The position numbers and the translations under genes are program-made. This document shows, one piece after another, positions 11,821-26,035 of a DNA stretch of 64,000 nt; the stretch's first letter is position 1, and every line of letters begins with the position of its first letter. Under the pieces are notes generated by a model, which was not told the DNA's origin, did not search any database, and saw nothing but the letters and a program-made list of their open reading frames with translations. The stretch lies in NCBI RefSeq assembly GCF_009914755.1, contig NC_060927.1. The stretch is one strand, 5' to 3'. Origin of the DNA: the human T2T-CHM13v2.0 reference genome, Homo sapiens.

Positions 11821-12619
11821 GTGGGCCTTAAACCCATCTACATTTCAGGTTCCCCCTTTCCTGAGCTACTTTTCTCCCCGTAGCTCTTTGTGTCTTCCTC
11901 CTTCCTATTAGTGCTTTCTTTTTCCTCTCACTTGTCAGGCAGTCTATCATGCAATTATATTATCATGCGTTTGAGGCTCTTTCAGACTAGTCCCTTACAA
12001 TGAGCAGAGTTAAGTCCTCTTTCCCCCTTATTTAGACAGTAACTAAATCATTTGCCATTTTGACACCCCTAGAAAGGTAAAGCTACCTCTGCAACAGCCA
12101 ATGGGGTGTGTTGCACAGTGGATAAGAAGACTGCAGCACAATTCGTACCATAAAGGAAGCCGGCAGAGTCTGACTCTTCACATTAAAAATTAACAGTGTG
12201 CAATATACAGCAAAGCCTGCCACACTCCTCCCTTGTGAAGCGCATAATGGGAGAGCACCCCTCCCTGGAGGACGGGAAGGGAACATTTTCGTACAGAGGT
12301 GCCAATTTAATCATCAGAGGAAAGTTCTGCGAATCAAATGGAGGGCAGAACTCTCAGGAAGAGGCTGGAGGTTTAATTGCCCATTTGTGAGTCCTGAAAT
12401 CCCCTTATACGCTTGTATAAGGGCCAGGGGAAGTACATCCGCCGTGAAGCCTTACCCAGTAGACATGCAGTAAATATCTTCTGAATGATAAATAAGATCA
12501 AGGATGTAAACTGGCCACCTCTGGCAGATGCTTCAGCAGTAAGAATATTCTCAATATTGTTGGTGGAGGCTTTAAGGTTTATAAAGGTTTTGCAAACGCT
12601 GCCTCTTTTCGTCTTTAGC

Positions 12620-12770
12620 ACTATTCAGCACAAAACAGGAATTTTCACTATTATTCAAATGAGCCTCAGGGAGGTTAAATGAGTCTCCCAAGGTCACTTG
12701 GCTGGTTAGTGCTGTGGTTGGGACATAAACTCAGGTCTGCCGAATGAAAATGTGGGATGTTTCCTTTATG
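12620..12770 (-). mobile_element. MIR fragment
   Basis: tcagggaggttaaatgagtctcccaaggtcacttggctggttagtg. Confidence 0.7.
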
Positions 12771-12802
12771 CTCTGAAAACATAGCTCCCATACAGTAATA
12801 CT

Positions 12803-13300
<498 letters not shown>

Positions 13301-13371
13301 TACCAAAGAACACCTAACACAGGTTGAAATAGTTTAATAAAAGTTACAGAAGTCTAAATTACTTCCAAGAT

Positions 13372-13475
13372 AGGGTGGAGGCTGCAGTGAGCCCAGATTG
13401 CATCACTGTACTCCAGCCTGTGCAACAGAGACATTGTCCCCCTACCCCCAAAATATTAAATAAATAAATAAATAA
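13372..13475 (+). mobile_element. 5'-truncated Alu (right-arm end, AluJ-like) with (TAAA)n tail
   Basis: ggaggctgcagtgagcccagattgcatcactgtactccagcctg. Confidence 0.85.
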
Positions 13476-13711
13476 TTCCCAGGACAAAGCTTAAAAACAG
13501 GAGAACCCACGTGTTTTTTTAAGAATCTGTGAAGACAACTTTGCACCTAAATGTAAAAGTCACTTTCAATGTCATTGTCCTGTGGTAGTGTCCTCTATTT
13601 GTTAATCAGTTTTGACTTCAAAATTTCCCATTTTTAGGGGCCACTGATAATTTTATGAGTTTTGAAACTTTTGGTCTGTTTATTTGTCCTAATAAGCTTC
13701 TTTTCAGATAC

Positions 13712-13732
13712 AAAAAAAAAAAAAAAAAAAAA
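13712..13732. repeat. poly(A)21 tract
   Basis: Direct read; no adjacent retroelement body recognised. Confidence 0.95.
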
Positions 13733-14631
13733 GAAGGCTTGATTTGTTTTGCTCAACAGCAAATCACAGGAACCACTATCTCTTGTGTTGGGTTCTATTC
13801 TTTCTAGCCCAGTGGCAATTGCTGTAATTACAGTGAAACTTGATGAATAAATGTGTCTCTATGAATTTTAAAAATCTGAATATGTGCTATGAATCAAGTT
13901 CAACAGACTTAGTAATGATGGTGCAAATCATTCACTGAAATGTCAGAATGTGTATTTAGTAACCACACGTTAATTCTCCCTTGTATATTTACACATATGC
14001 CAGCTTTTAAAGCAAGTGTTAATAGTTGATAGTGATATAACTTTACATTTCTGAAAATAGTCATAATGTAGACCTTGACTGGTTATAAATAATGTCTTCT
14101 TAATTCTATTCCAGTCTAGGAGTTGAAATCCAGAAATGACTGTCTTTTCTTTAGATCCTGGTAGCAAATTATAATTGTGATGAATGCATTCTCGTACCAA
14201 CGGTTTAGCTAAAAATTATTCCTGATTATTTTGGAGTTGTGTTGCTTGCCATGAGGTTGCAAGTCTATTTCTACACAAGGGGTCTAAATTTGCTTTTGAC
14301 CTCAGCAATTCAAATGTGCATATTTTCTTTTTTATCTTAAGAATTTATTGGGACAAAAAAATAGACAATTGCTTTTTGATTTCTTATTTATAGCCAGGAG
14401 TCCCTCTCAGCCCAAAGTCACTGTTCTGGAAGCTGGATGCAATTTCTACCTTCTCTGAACTTTTGAAGTATATTGTCTTTCTTTCATTTATAACACATCA
14501 GCTATCTATAGTAGTATTTTTATTATTGGAATGCATGCCATTTCCTCTGGAAATAAATTTGCTATTCTTTAAGGAATGGTCATATTTATAAGTTTTTATA
14601 TCCTAAACAGTGTCTTAGACAAAATAGATAC

Positions 14632-15186
14632 TGTAGTAGTTAGCCTCCAGGATGTTCCCAAACGATTTATGTCTCCATATATCTGTGCCCTTCCCACACC
14701 GAATCCAGGCTGGTCTTGTATGACTGATTGAATATGCCAAATGTGATGATGTGCAACTTTCAAAGCTAAGTCATAAAAGGCACTGGAGCCTCTTCCTTAC
14801 TCTCTTGGATCACTTGCTCTGGACGGTACGGGCTGCTATGTCATGATGACATTCAACCCTTTGATGATACCCAAGTTGAGAGGAACTGAGGCCCTTGAAT
14901 AAAAGCTAGTGCCGAACTGCCAGCTCTGTGATTGAATCACCTTGGAAGTGAATCTTCTAGACCTAGTCAATATCTGATTACAAATGAGGAAACCTGAACT
15001 GGAGTCTCCTAACCAAACAAATTCTACTTCCTTTCCCACAGAAACCATGCAGCAATAGCTGCTTGATCACATATCCCTGAACATCTTATTTAGTAGATAG
15101 AACTTTATGTCTAACAAATGATAATCATTGCTTTAAGCTCATAAGTCTTAAGGAAGTTCATTACTCTGCAATAAATAATGAATGTA
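14632..15186 (+). mobile_element. MLT1F-family MaLR LTR
   Basis: tgtagtagttagcctccaggatg...gtcataaaaggca...ctcttggatcacttgctctgg...gaggaactgaggcc...cccacagaaac. Confidence 0.8.
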
Positions 15187-15490
15187 GAATTCTATGGCTA
15201 AAGGCAAGATTATAACAAATGAAAGTTCAAAATATTTGATGCACACTAAACTTCATGACAATGAGTCTGTATCTCACTCTGTGGGTGATGTGAATATTTT
15301 TAGAGAAAAGTTACTTTTTAACTAGGCATTACAAGAATAGTATATGGGTGAGGTAGAGAAAGGCAACTTCAATTTGTAGCAAATGTTTAAAAGATTGATG
15401 GCTGGGCAGCTTCAGCAGCTGGCCAGAAGATTTGATGTCCTTGTAATGACAAAGTTTGTTACTTACAGAAGAGGTAGAGAGATATTGGCA
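15187..15490 (+). mobile_element. MLT1 internal-region fragment
   Basis: Directly follows the LTR; ggtagagaaaggcaacttc...tgtagcaaatgttt loosely resembles the MLT1-int consensus. Confidence 0.45.
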
Positions 15491-16420
15491 GTTTAGAAAG
15501 ACCTTTCAAGAAACCCTTGCAGAATGATAGAATAAGTACTCCCCAAAATCTGCTTCTCCATAAAGGCAATGAGAACACTTGCAAAAGTCCTCAAATGTAA
15601 ATTTCTAGAGCTCTGGAAATTAACTAAGGGCTTATAACAGTCTAAGGAGCACTTATTCAGAAAAAACATAAGTATCAGTAAGAAGATCAAGATTTATGGA
15701 ATTTTAGTGTGCCTTATTTTCATCACCCTGTCCTCAGATCTGCAGTATCCTTGAAAACCAATAGACACACAACCGTGGTACTTGTTAGAAACCAACAGTC
15801 TAGCAGCCACTCAAGGGAAAAACAGTTTTGGGGCTCCCCAAAAGCCCTCTTCCCAGAAAATTTTTACTATTTTACTTATCCAGTGGCTCCCTATAAATGC
15901 CCAAAGTCCAGGGCTTGTTTTTATACAATCTGACTGAAATTTCTCTGTGCAAACAGCCCTATCCCCAGGGTGTTTGTCAAAAATAATCAATTGCAGTTGT
16001 TTAATGTTGCAGCTTTCTGAGGCAGCTGTACAAGTGGCACAAAAGGAGGCTGACCAAAATATTTTAAAGGAAAAACTGGGATATGAGATATCCATAGAGG
16101 CATTTGAAATGCTCCAATATATTTCTGGGAATCCAGAAGGCAACATGCATGTGCAGAGCTGTGCTTATCCCCAGAAATAAACCGAAAATGCCCCAAGCTT
16201 TAATCTCTGACTGGCATTGAGGCTCAGCAAAGAGTAGGAAGTGAAGGCTAGGGCAGAGCTGTAAACTACCGGAGCATTGGAGGCATGCTCATAAACACAC
16301 AGCCCCTCAACAGAGGCTGGAGGATTTATTGATTCAAGTCATTTAAGGAAAATTTGTTCAATCACTGCCTGATCACTAAGCCAGTTAAGCAGAGACATAG
16401 AGACTTCTATGGATACAGGC

Positions 16421-16470
16421 TACACACACACAGAAACACACACACACACACACACACGTACACACACACA
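16421..16470. repeat. Interrupted (CA)n microsatellite
   Basis: Direct read. Confidence 0.95.
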
Positions 16471-16567
16471 AATATATACTTTACAGAATTCATCCAGGAA
16501 ACTCATTAAGCCAACAAGCAGCAACAGCCAAAACAAGAACGAATAGCAACAATAAGCCCTGGGGAAG

Positions 16568-17063
16568 TATGATAGGCAGAATAATGCTCTCCCCAAAAGA
16601 TGCCCATGTGTTAATCCCTAGAACTTGTAAATTTTTGTTACACGTTACATGGCAAGGAGGAATTCAGGTTGCTAGCAGCTGGATTTTAAATAGCAATATC
16701 ATCTTGGATTATCTAGATGGGCCCAATGTAATCACAAAGGTTCTTTAAATGTGGAAGAGGGAGGTAAAAGAGTTAGTGTTGGAGTGATACAATGTGAGGA
16801 AGACTGAAATAGTCATTAATGACTTAGAAGATAGAATGGGCTGTGAGTGAAGGAAGGTAGACAGCCTCTAGAAGCTGGAAGTCAAGAAAATAGATTGTTC
16901 TATAAAGCCTCCAGAAAGAAATGCAGTCCTTCTGACATGATAATATTAGCCTGGTGAGACACGTTTTAGACTTATAACCAGCAGAACTTCAAAATAATAA
17001 ATTTGTGTTGTTTTAAGTTACTAAATTTTGGTGATTTGTTTCACAGCAATAGAAATGTAATAA
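16568..17063 (+). mobile_element. MLT1D solo LTR inserted in L1
   Basis: taggcagaataatg...ttggattatctagatgggcccaatgtaatcacaaagg...cagcctctagaagctggaa...aataaatttgtgttgttttaag. Confidence 0.9.
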
Positions 17064-19629
17064 GGGGTGAAGGAGGATCTGATTTTCAGAGTGTCCAGAT
17101 TATATATTTTAAAAGTCCACTACCAAAAAAGAAACGTATGGCCCATACACAGGAAAAGAAGCCAATCAATAGAAGCTATCTCTCAGGAAGATGTATGTTG
17201 GACTTACTATACAAAGACTTTAAGCAATTACAAATATGTTTAAGGGACTAAAATTACCTCTAAAGAATTGTGGAGAGTATGACAGCAATGTCTTGCCAAA
17301 TACAAATTGTCAATAAAGAGACACTAAAAAGAGCCAAATACAGATTCTAGAGTTGAAAATTACAAAAACTGTAATGAAAAAAAAATCAATGGCAAATCAA
17401 GTAGCTACTGGAGGGGACAAAAGAAGAAAAACATTAACAAACTTAAAGATAGGTCAATTAAGATTGTCCAGTTCAAGCAAAATGAAGAAAACAAAATGAG
17501 GGAAAATGAACAGAAAAATGTGTGTGTTTAAACCTTAGGATCCCATCAAGTGTACCATTATATAGATGATTGAGTCTAGAAGGAGAGAAGAGAGAGAAAG
17601 GGGAAGAAAGAAATTTGAAGAAATAAGAGTCTAAGTCTTCCCAAATTTGATGACAAATATTAATCTACAGATTGAAGCAGTTCAACGAATTCCAACTAAG
17701 ATAAACTCAATAAAACTCACACCTATATAAGTCATCGCCAAACTGTTGAAGAACAAAGACAGAATCTTGAGAGCAACAGAGAAACATGACTTATCACATG
17801 CAAAGGCTCCCCAATAAGACTAACAGATGACTTTTCACCAGAAATTATGGAGGCTAGGCATGTGAAAAATGCTCAATATCATTAATCCTTAGGGAAAGGC
17901 AAATCAAAACCACACTGCAATACTACTTCATACCTCCTAAAAGGCTAAAACAGAAAAAAGTGACAACTGTTGATAAGGATGGAGAGGAACTGGAACCCTC
18001 ATGCATGCATACATTGCTGGTGGGATTATAAAAGGTTGCAGAAACTTTAGAGAACAGTTAAGTAGTTCCTCAAAATGTTAAACATAGCACTGCCATGTGA
18101 TCCAGAGATTCCACTGCTAGGTATTTGCCAAAAAGCCTTGAAAATGTTTACAGCAGCATAATTCATAATAGCCAAAAAGTGGAAACAACCCTAGTGTCCA
18201 TCAGCTGCTGAATCAATAAATAAAATAAGTTGTATATACAAGAGAATATTACTCAGCTATAAAAAAGAATGACATACCGATACATGCTACAACACAAATA
18301 AGCGTTGGAAACTTTATGTTGAATGAATAAAGGCAGTCACCAAAAGGCGCATAATAGATTATTTATTGATTAAAAAAAAGTTCAGGATGGGTAAATCTGT
18401 AGAGACATAAATGGATTAGTATTTTCAGGGACTGATAGTAGGGAGGAATAGAGAGTGACTGCTATGCAAATTGACAGGGGTTTCTCTTTAGGGTGGTAAA
18501 ATGTTCTAAAATTACATATTAGAGATGGTTGCACAACTCTGTGAATATACTCAAAGCCACAGCTCTTTTGCAACATGAGGGTATTATTTTTAGGGAAAAT
18601 CTGAGGATTTTTTTTAAGGAAAAATGGAGGGTTAGCTAAAGAGCTATAGTCCTTGAGCTCAGTACAAAAAAGTATCCCATAAGCCACAGTATGTGACTAA
18701 TGATTATGTAAAAAAGCTACATTCCATGACTAATGATTCCAATTCCTACTCTGAAAAAAAATCAAAGAAAACACAAGAAACATGAGATACTGTTATTAAC
18801 CTTAGCGGGTTTACTTGAAATATGTACATTATTCAAATGTACTAAGATGTAAAAACTGCCACAGAAACATGAAGAGGCCGCTTAAGAGCCCTATATAAAT
18901 AAATATATATTCTGTCATATTTAATGGATGAATTACAACTCTAACTTGTCAGAAAACACATACATTTCTGGGTGTGAGCTGCCACTCAAGTATTTGCAAA
19001 GTGGCTCTTGAATGATTTGTGTGATTCACAACTTTGACATTATGTCTGATGAAATGTCAGTGATACAGCCACACATACATGAATTGGAATTCTAGATTTT
19101 AAATATGTAAGGGGACATATATTTATATGAAGGGCCTATTTTAAAAACTTCAAACACTTAAGAAACTTGAAGAATTCAAGACTTATTTTCCTATGAGAGT
19201 ACATTTATAGAATGGGGCATGGAGACCGACAAGTCTTCACTCTCATATTGCTTATTGTCTTCTCAGTATTAACTCTGATATTTCTCAGGATCCTTGTAAA
19301 TAGGCAACATGGTGTATTGTGTTGGTTTTTTGCCTTCCTTTATAGTGTTTTTAGAGCCCTTCCCTTCCCTTCATTTTTAAAGTCATTGTTTTTTTCAGAA
19401 GCATTTTGTTTTTTGAAACAGCAGTAGAACTGCCACTTAAACAATGCTCAAATAACAGGGTTATAGGATATTTAATTAAAAAAAATATATATTTCTAACT
19501 TGCAAGAAAATGCATATTTTGGGACATGAATCTATCACCCAACATATTTTAAAAGTGGTTATTGAATGTTATAAAAACAGTGCAATGATAACTAAAACCT
19601 CTTATAGAAGTTTTATTCCAAATAAACAA

Positions 19630-19750
19630 TGACATGGACTAGCAGTTTGTGAGAAATGCAAAAAAGGCCCCATTCCAGATCTACAGAATCAAAATCTGAA
19701 TTTTAACTGGATTGTGCTTTATAGGCACATTATATTTTGAAAAGCATTGG
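19630..19750 (+). mobile_element. MER5A/5B fragment
   Basis: agaaatgcaaaaaaggccccattccagatctacagaatcaaaatctg. Confidence 0.65.
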
Positions 19751-19833
19751 TTTGCATGGAACTGAAAAATGGTGGTTGGTATTTTGGTTTAAAAGATAAT
19801 TGTGGTCCATCGCAATAGAGGAAATAAGTAAAT

Positions 19834-21753
19834 TGATATGGTTTTGCTGTGTCCCTGCTCAGATCTCATCTTGGAGTCCCACATGTTGTAGGAGGGACCC
19901 AGTGGGAGGTAACTGAATCATGGGGGCAGGTCTTTCCTGCCGCCAAGAAGACAGAAAAATGTGGGAAAGTTTGGAACTTCCTGGAGACTTGTTGAATGAC
20001 TTTGACAAAAATGCTGATAGTGACATGAACAATAAGGTCCAGGCTGAGGTGGTCTCCGGTGGAGATGAGGAACTTGTTGGGAACTGGAGCAAAGGTGACA
20101 TTTGTTATGTTTTAGCAGAGACTGGCAGCATTTTGCCCCTGCCCTAGACATTTGTGGAACTTTGAACTTAAGAGAGATGATTTAGTGTATCTGGCGGAAG
20201 AAATTTCTAAGCAGCAAAGCATTCAAGAGGTGACTTGGGTGTTGTTAAAGGCATTCAGTTTTATAAGGGAAGCAGAGCATGAAAGTTGGAAAATTTGTAG
20301 CCTAACAATGCGATAGAAAAGAAAATACCATTTTCTGAGGAGAAATTCAAGCCTGCTGCAGAAATTTGCATAAGTAACAAGGAACCCAATGTTATTGCCT
20401 AAGACAATGGGGAAAATCTCCCCAGGGTATGTCAGAGGTCTTCATGGCTGCCCCTCCCATCACAGGCCCAGAGGCCTAGGAGGAAAAAGTGAGCTGAACC
20501 CAGGGTTCTCCATGCTGTGTGCAGTCTAGGGACTTGGTGCCCTGCAGCCCAGCTGCTCCAGCCATGGCTGAAAGGGGCCAATGAAGAGCTCAGGTCATGG
20601 CTTCAGGGGATGCCAGCTTCAAGCCTTGGCAGCTTCCCCAAGGTGCTGAGCTTGCAAGTGTACAGAAATCAAGAATGAAGGTTTGGGAACCTCTGCCTAG
20701 ATTTCCTAGTGTAGATGTATGGAAACACCTGGATGTCCAGGCAGAAGTTTGCTGCAGGCGCAGGGCCCTCATGCAGAACCTCTGCTAGGGCAGTATGGAA
20801 GGGAAATGTGAGGTTGGAGCCCCAACACAGAGTCCCTACTGGGGCGCTGCCTAGTGGAGCTGTGAGAAGAGGGCCACTGTCCTCTAGACCTCAGAATGGT
20901 AGATCCACTGACAGCTTGCACCATATACCTGGAAAAGCCTCAGACACTCAATTCTAGCCCATGAAAGCAGCCAGGAGGAAGTCTGTACCCTGCACAACCA
21001 CAAGGGCGGAGTTGTCCAAGACTATGGGAACCCACCTCTTGCATCAGTGTGACCTGCATGTGAGACATGGATTCAAAGGAGATCATTTTGGAGCTTTAAG
21101 ATTCGTCTGCCCTGCTGGACTTTGTGCTTGCATGGGGCCTGTAGCCTCTTTGTTTCGGCCAATCTCTCCCGTTTGGAATGGTTGTATTTACCCAACGCCT
21201 GTTTACCTGCTGTATCTAGAAAATAACTTACCTGTTTTTGATTTTACAGGCTCATAGGTGGAAGGGAATTGCCTTGTCTCAGATAAGACTTTGGACCGTG
21301 GGCTTTTGAGTTAATTCTGAAATGAGTTAAGACTTTGGGGGATGGTTGGGAAGGCATGATTGTTTTTGAAATGTAAGAACATGAGATTTGGGAGGGGCCA
21401 GGGGTGGAATGATATGGCTTGGCTATGTCCCCACCCGAGTATCATCTTGAATTCCCACATGTGGTGGGAGGGACCCAGTGGGAGGTAACTGAATCATGAG
21501 GGCAGGTCTTTCCCATGTTTTTCTTGTGATAGTGAATATGTCTCACAAGACCTGGTGATTTTAAAATGGGAGTATCCCTGCACAAGCTTTTTCTTTGCCT
21601 GCACCATCCACATAAGATGTGAGTTGCTCCTCTTTCCCTTCTGCCATGATTGTGAGACCTCCCCAGCCATGTGGAACTGTACATTCATTGAACCTTTTTT
21701 TCTTCCCAGTCTCAGGTACGTCTTTATCAGCAGCATGAAAATGGACTAATACA
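19834..21753 (+). mobile_element. THE1 (THE1B/A-like) MaLR provirus: truncated 5' LTR 19834-~19940, internal region to 21409, intact 3' LTR 21410-21753
   Basis: TGATATGG...CTAATACA termini, THE1-int sequence (atgtgggaaagtttggaacttcc; ORF fragments MWESLELP, HRVPTGALPSGAVRRGP), polypurine tract gggaggggccaggggtggaa, 5-bp TSD taaat / tgaat. Confidence 0.95.
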
Positions 21754-21774
21754 TGAATATAAATACAGTTTACA

Positions 21775-22062
21775 GGCAGGATGCCATGGCTCATGCCTAC
21801 AATTCCAGCACATTGGGAGGTCAAGGTGGGAGAATTGTTTGAGGCCAGGAGTTTGAGACAAGCCTGGGCAACATATTGAGACCCTGTTTCTACAAAAATT
21901 GAAAAAACTAGGTGAGCATGGTGTCAAGTCCCTGTGGTCCTAGCTATTTGGGAGGCTGAGGCAAGAGGATTGCTTGAGCCCAGGAGTTCCACCTCACAGT
22001 GAGCTATGATTGCACCACTGCACTCCAGCCTGGGTGACAGAGTGAGACTCCACCAAGTAAAT
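21775..22062 (+). mobile_element. AluJ (Jr-like)
   Basis: AluJ diagnostics (gcctgggcaacata, gaggattgcttgagcccaggag); TSD aatacagtttaca / aataaagtttaca. Confidence 0.92.
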
Positions 22063-23239
22063 AATAAAGTTTACAGATCATTTAGTCTCCCCTATAATTT
22101 TGATGAAGCTTTTTAATTGACAGGATTTGCATTAGTTCAAATACTTCCCATAGTGGGAAGTGCTATTACCATTTTGATATCATACTCATTAAAATTTGCA
22201 TAATTCATGTTGCATGCACATACACATACATATTTACCACTTCTCTATTCCCACTAAACCCTGACCAATGTGTTTGTTCGTTTAGACAATGCCCCTCCTG
22301 GGACACCCAGGCCACATAAAATAGCAAAGAGTTCATTAGAATGGTGTCACCAGCATAGCTATAATTAAGGCTACATCAGCAATTTTGGGGCTTAAAACTC
22401 CATTGTAAAGTTGTATTCTGGGATGAAACTCAGCACAAAAGCTCAACCTGGGAGTAGATTGTTTACTAGTTCTGGGAGGAATGTGGGGGGAAATTGATTC
22501 AGTTGTTTATGATTCACTATATTGCTCATCTGGTTCTTGGTGGCATTTGAATTAAGATGTTTTATAGACTGGTGATCATCGAGAACTGGTATTTTCACCG
22601 AAGTCTTCATAGACCTTACTGAAACTGTAAATATTACAGAAACTCAGATGGTGTCAACTGTTTATATTCTATGAATGAGGACAAATATGCATAGGGATGC
22701 AATTAAAAGAGAAAAGGAGTAATTCTAATTAGGCAGAATTGGTAACATATTTCATCAAAGTAGGACGCAGAGAATTCCTTAGTTGCCCACATATTTCTGC
22801 CAAGTAGACACCAAGGCATGCTCCCTCGAATTTGCTCTGGGATATTTAATTGGTAAATCAACATTAATGATCAGAGAAGTTTAGAACCAGCTCTTTTAGA
22901 AAACTGAGATTCACACTTGACTTCTCTTAGATGTAGCTACAGAGCTCATGGCTAAAGGGAAAACCTCACTAATGAAAAAAGTCCTGGAATTCTGTGCTTC
23001 TTCAGCTTCTTTACTACTACCTTGCTCTTTTGAAGAGAGAAACTTGTCATCCTGAGACTTCTAGCTGTAGTAATCAGGAATATAATAGGAGTAAGCTCCT
23101 ATTATATTCAATTTGTGATTAGATATATTGTCATCTTGGGTACAAGTTTAAATGTAGTTTTAGGCAGTTATCTAAAGTGTAGTCCCAATCTAAATAATTA
23201 GAAACTCCTAATTTTCCACAAGGGCTTAACTATTAATGG

Positions 23240-23790
<551 letters not shown>

Positions 23791-23837
23791 GTGTGATGGC
23801 CTAACCAAAATTTATTTTCAAGTTGTCATCTATTTCC

Positions 23838-24480
23838 TCATTCATTCACTCATACAACACATACTTATCAGTTGCTTCCACTGTGCCAGACATGCTGATT
23901 CAATGCTGGAAATAATAGTGAGCAGGGTTGGCATAATCCCTTTCTTATTATTTAATATTGTAGTGGAAGGAACAGACCAAAAACGTTATCAAAGAAGTAA
24001 AATGATCATGATTTTTTATAGGTGTTAGGAATGAAGCAAGCAAGGGGTTAAGATGGAAATTAATAATGGAGAGATGGGTATGAGAATTAATTCAGAGTGT
24101 TCAGGGAAGGCATCCAGGAGGAGGTATGTATAAAACTGTTACCTAACTGACAAACAGGCTGGAAAAAAAGCTCAGGAAAGATACTCCAGGCTAAAAGAGA
24201 AACAGATATATATGCCCTGGGGCGGAAATACCTTGGCATGCACAAGGATCTGAAAGACAGCTACTTGGCTGGACCACAAGGAAGGTAAGGTAGAATAATG
24301 AGATTAGCTGGGAAAAGGAGAAATGGACAAAGTAGCACAAAGCTTTGTTATCCACGTAAGGAGTTTAGATTCAATTTAGAGAATAGTGAGATCCCTAGAA
24401 GAGATGATGTACTGAGGTACACTGTTTAAGGAGGTGCTTCCAGCTGGTGGTGGAGAATGGCTTGAAGAAAGTCAGTAGTA
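23838..24480 (-). mobile_element. L2 LINE 3' portion
   Basis: cattcattcactc...ctgtgccagaca; cagggaaggcatccaggaggaggt; gtaaggagtttagattc. Confidence 0.75.
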
Positions 24481-25586
24481 TCTCTCTGAGCTTCCTTATG
24501 GATCAAAGGGGAAATCCCCAAACACACGTCTGGGGCTATTTTGTAGCCAGTGAATTCTGTGATAAACTCGGAGATATTATATGTTTTTACTGTTAACATA
24601 TCAAGGAGGAGAGAAGGTGGTGCTAAGAACACACTTATTTGATGAATAAGAGCAGTTTTTTATAGCAGAACCACTCAAGACTACATAATTGCTATTTTGA
24701 AACACACATCATCATTCATAATTTCATTAGGCTATAACTTACTTCCAGGAAAACTATATTTTATGTCAACTCATCTTCCCTGAACAGAAACCCTACTTTT
24801 GGCATTTTTAAAATTTAAAATTCTAGGACATATACCAGATCAGCATATTTCTTTGATTTCTTTCCTCTGTATGTAGAAAATATTTTTAGGCTTTACAACC
24901 CTACATTACTAAATGACCTTCAGAACTTAATTTAAGTGCACAAGTATTACAGAATGAAAGTGGAATTCTGATCTTCATTAGGATTTTAAAATTTGGATCA
25001 TGTTGTTCCTGCTCATTTTGTTCATCTTTCCATTTTTCCTCCTTTTAACATTGGTCTGCATTTTTAAAGAAAATGAAGTTGTAAAAATTGAACTAGGGGT
25101 TTTCTTTTTCTGTACTCCTTGTGTTTCTAAATTATTAAATAATAATGTAATAACAAGCACTTATCTAGTGATTTATTAAAGAACCTCTTGTTTGCAACTC
25201 CAGCCCTGGAGAACACTGAAAATGTTTTCTTTGTAAAGTTTCCAAAGTAACATCAGCTAATCTGCCTCTTCTTGATGTAACCGCACAATGCTAGAATTTT
25301 TCACTTATTAATTATCAAATAAATGAATTGGATAATAGATATGTGAAGTAGAAAATAGTTTCTTTTGGATTGTCAAATAAGGTGACTTTGCTTGAATGCA
25401 TGCTCCTGAAATTTGGGAGGACAGTCTTCCCATCTGTCCTTCATTTACCTGACCCCATTTATTTGTATGTATGCTTGTGTGAATGCAAATAAATTATTAA
25501 TTATGCTTAAACTCTATGAACAAATCAGCTAGTGTACACCAAATTTTGACGCTTGCATAAGATTCTTTCCTGCCTATAACACATAA

Positions 25587-25972
<386 letters not shown>

Positions 25973-26035
25973 TGAGCTGAAATGGCAGAGGAGCTAGATA
26001 GCTAGTAACAAGAGGTAAAGGATACTGAACGAGAA

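Larger units (their letters stand above)
15495..18565 (+). mobile_element. Old L1 (L1M4-type 5' UTR + partial ORF1 joined to an L1MB7/8-like ORF2 end and 3' UTR), interrupted by MLT1D
   Basis: 5' UTR aatctgcttctccataaaggcaatgagaacac; ORF1 remnant (atggcccatacacaggaaaag, gttgaaaattacaaaaactg); after ~17858 an ORF2 C-terminus (aaatcaaaaccacac, ggaaacaaccctagtgtccatc) and 3' UTR gatggttgcacaactctgtgaatatact. Confidence 0.85.

Noticed and set aside
12510-12528. CTCF-like TGGCCACCTCTGGCAG
   Set aside because: Spacing is one base short of CCASYAGRKGGC on either strand; too weak to call
15947-16180. Protein-like ORF MLQLSEAAVQVAQKEADQNILKEK
   Set aside because: Lies within the L1M4-type 5' UTR; no splice context; treated as chance
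22440-22680. Possible exon (acceptor-like sites on both strands, short open frames)
   Set aside because: Weak pyrimidine tracts, no convincing donor, peptides unrecognised
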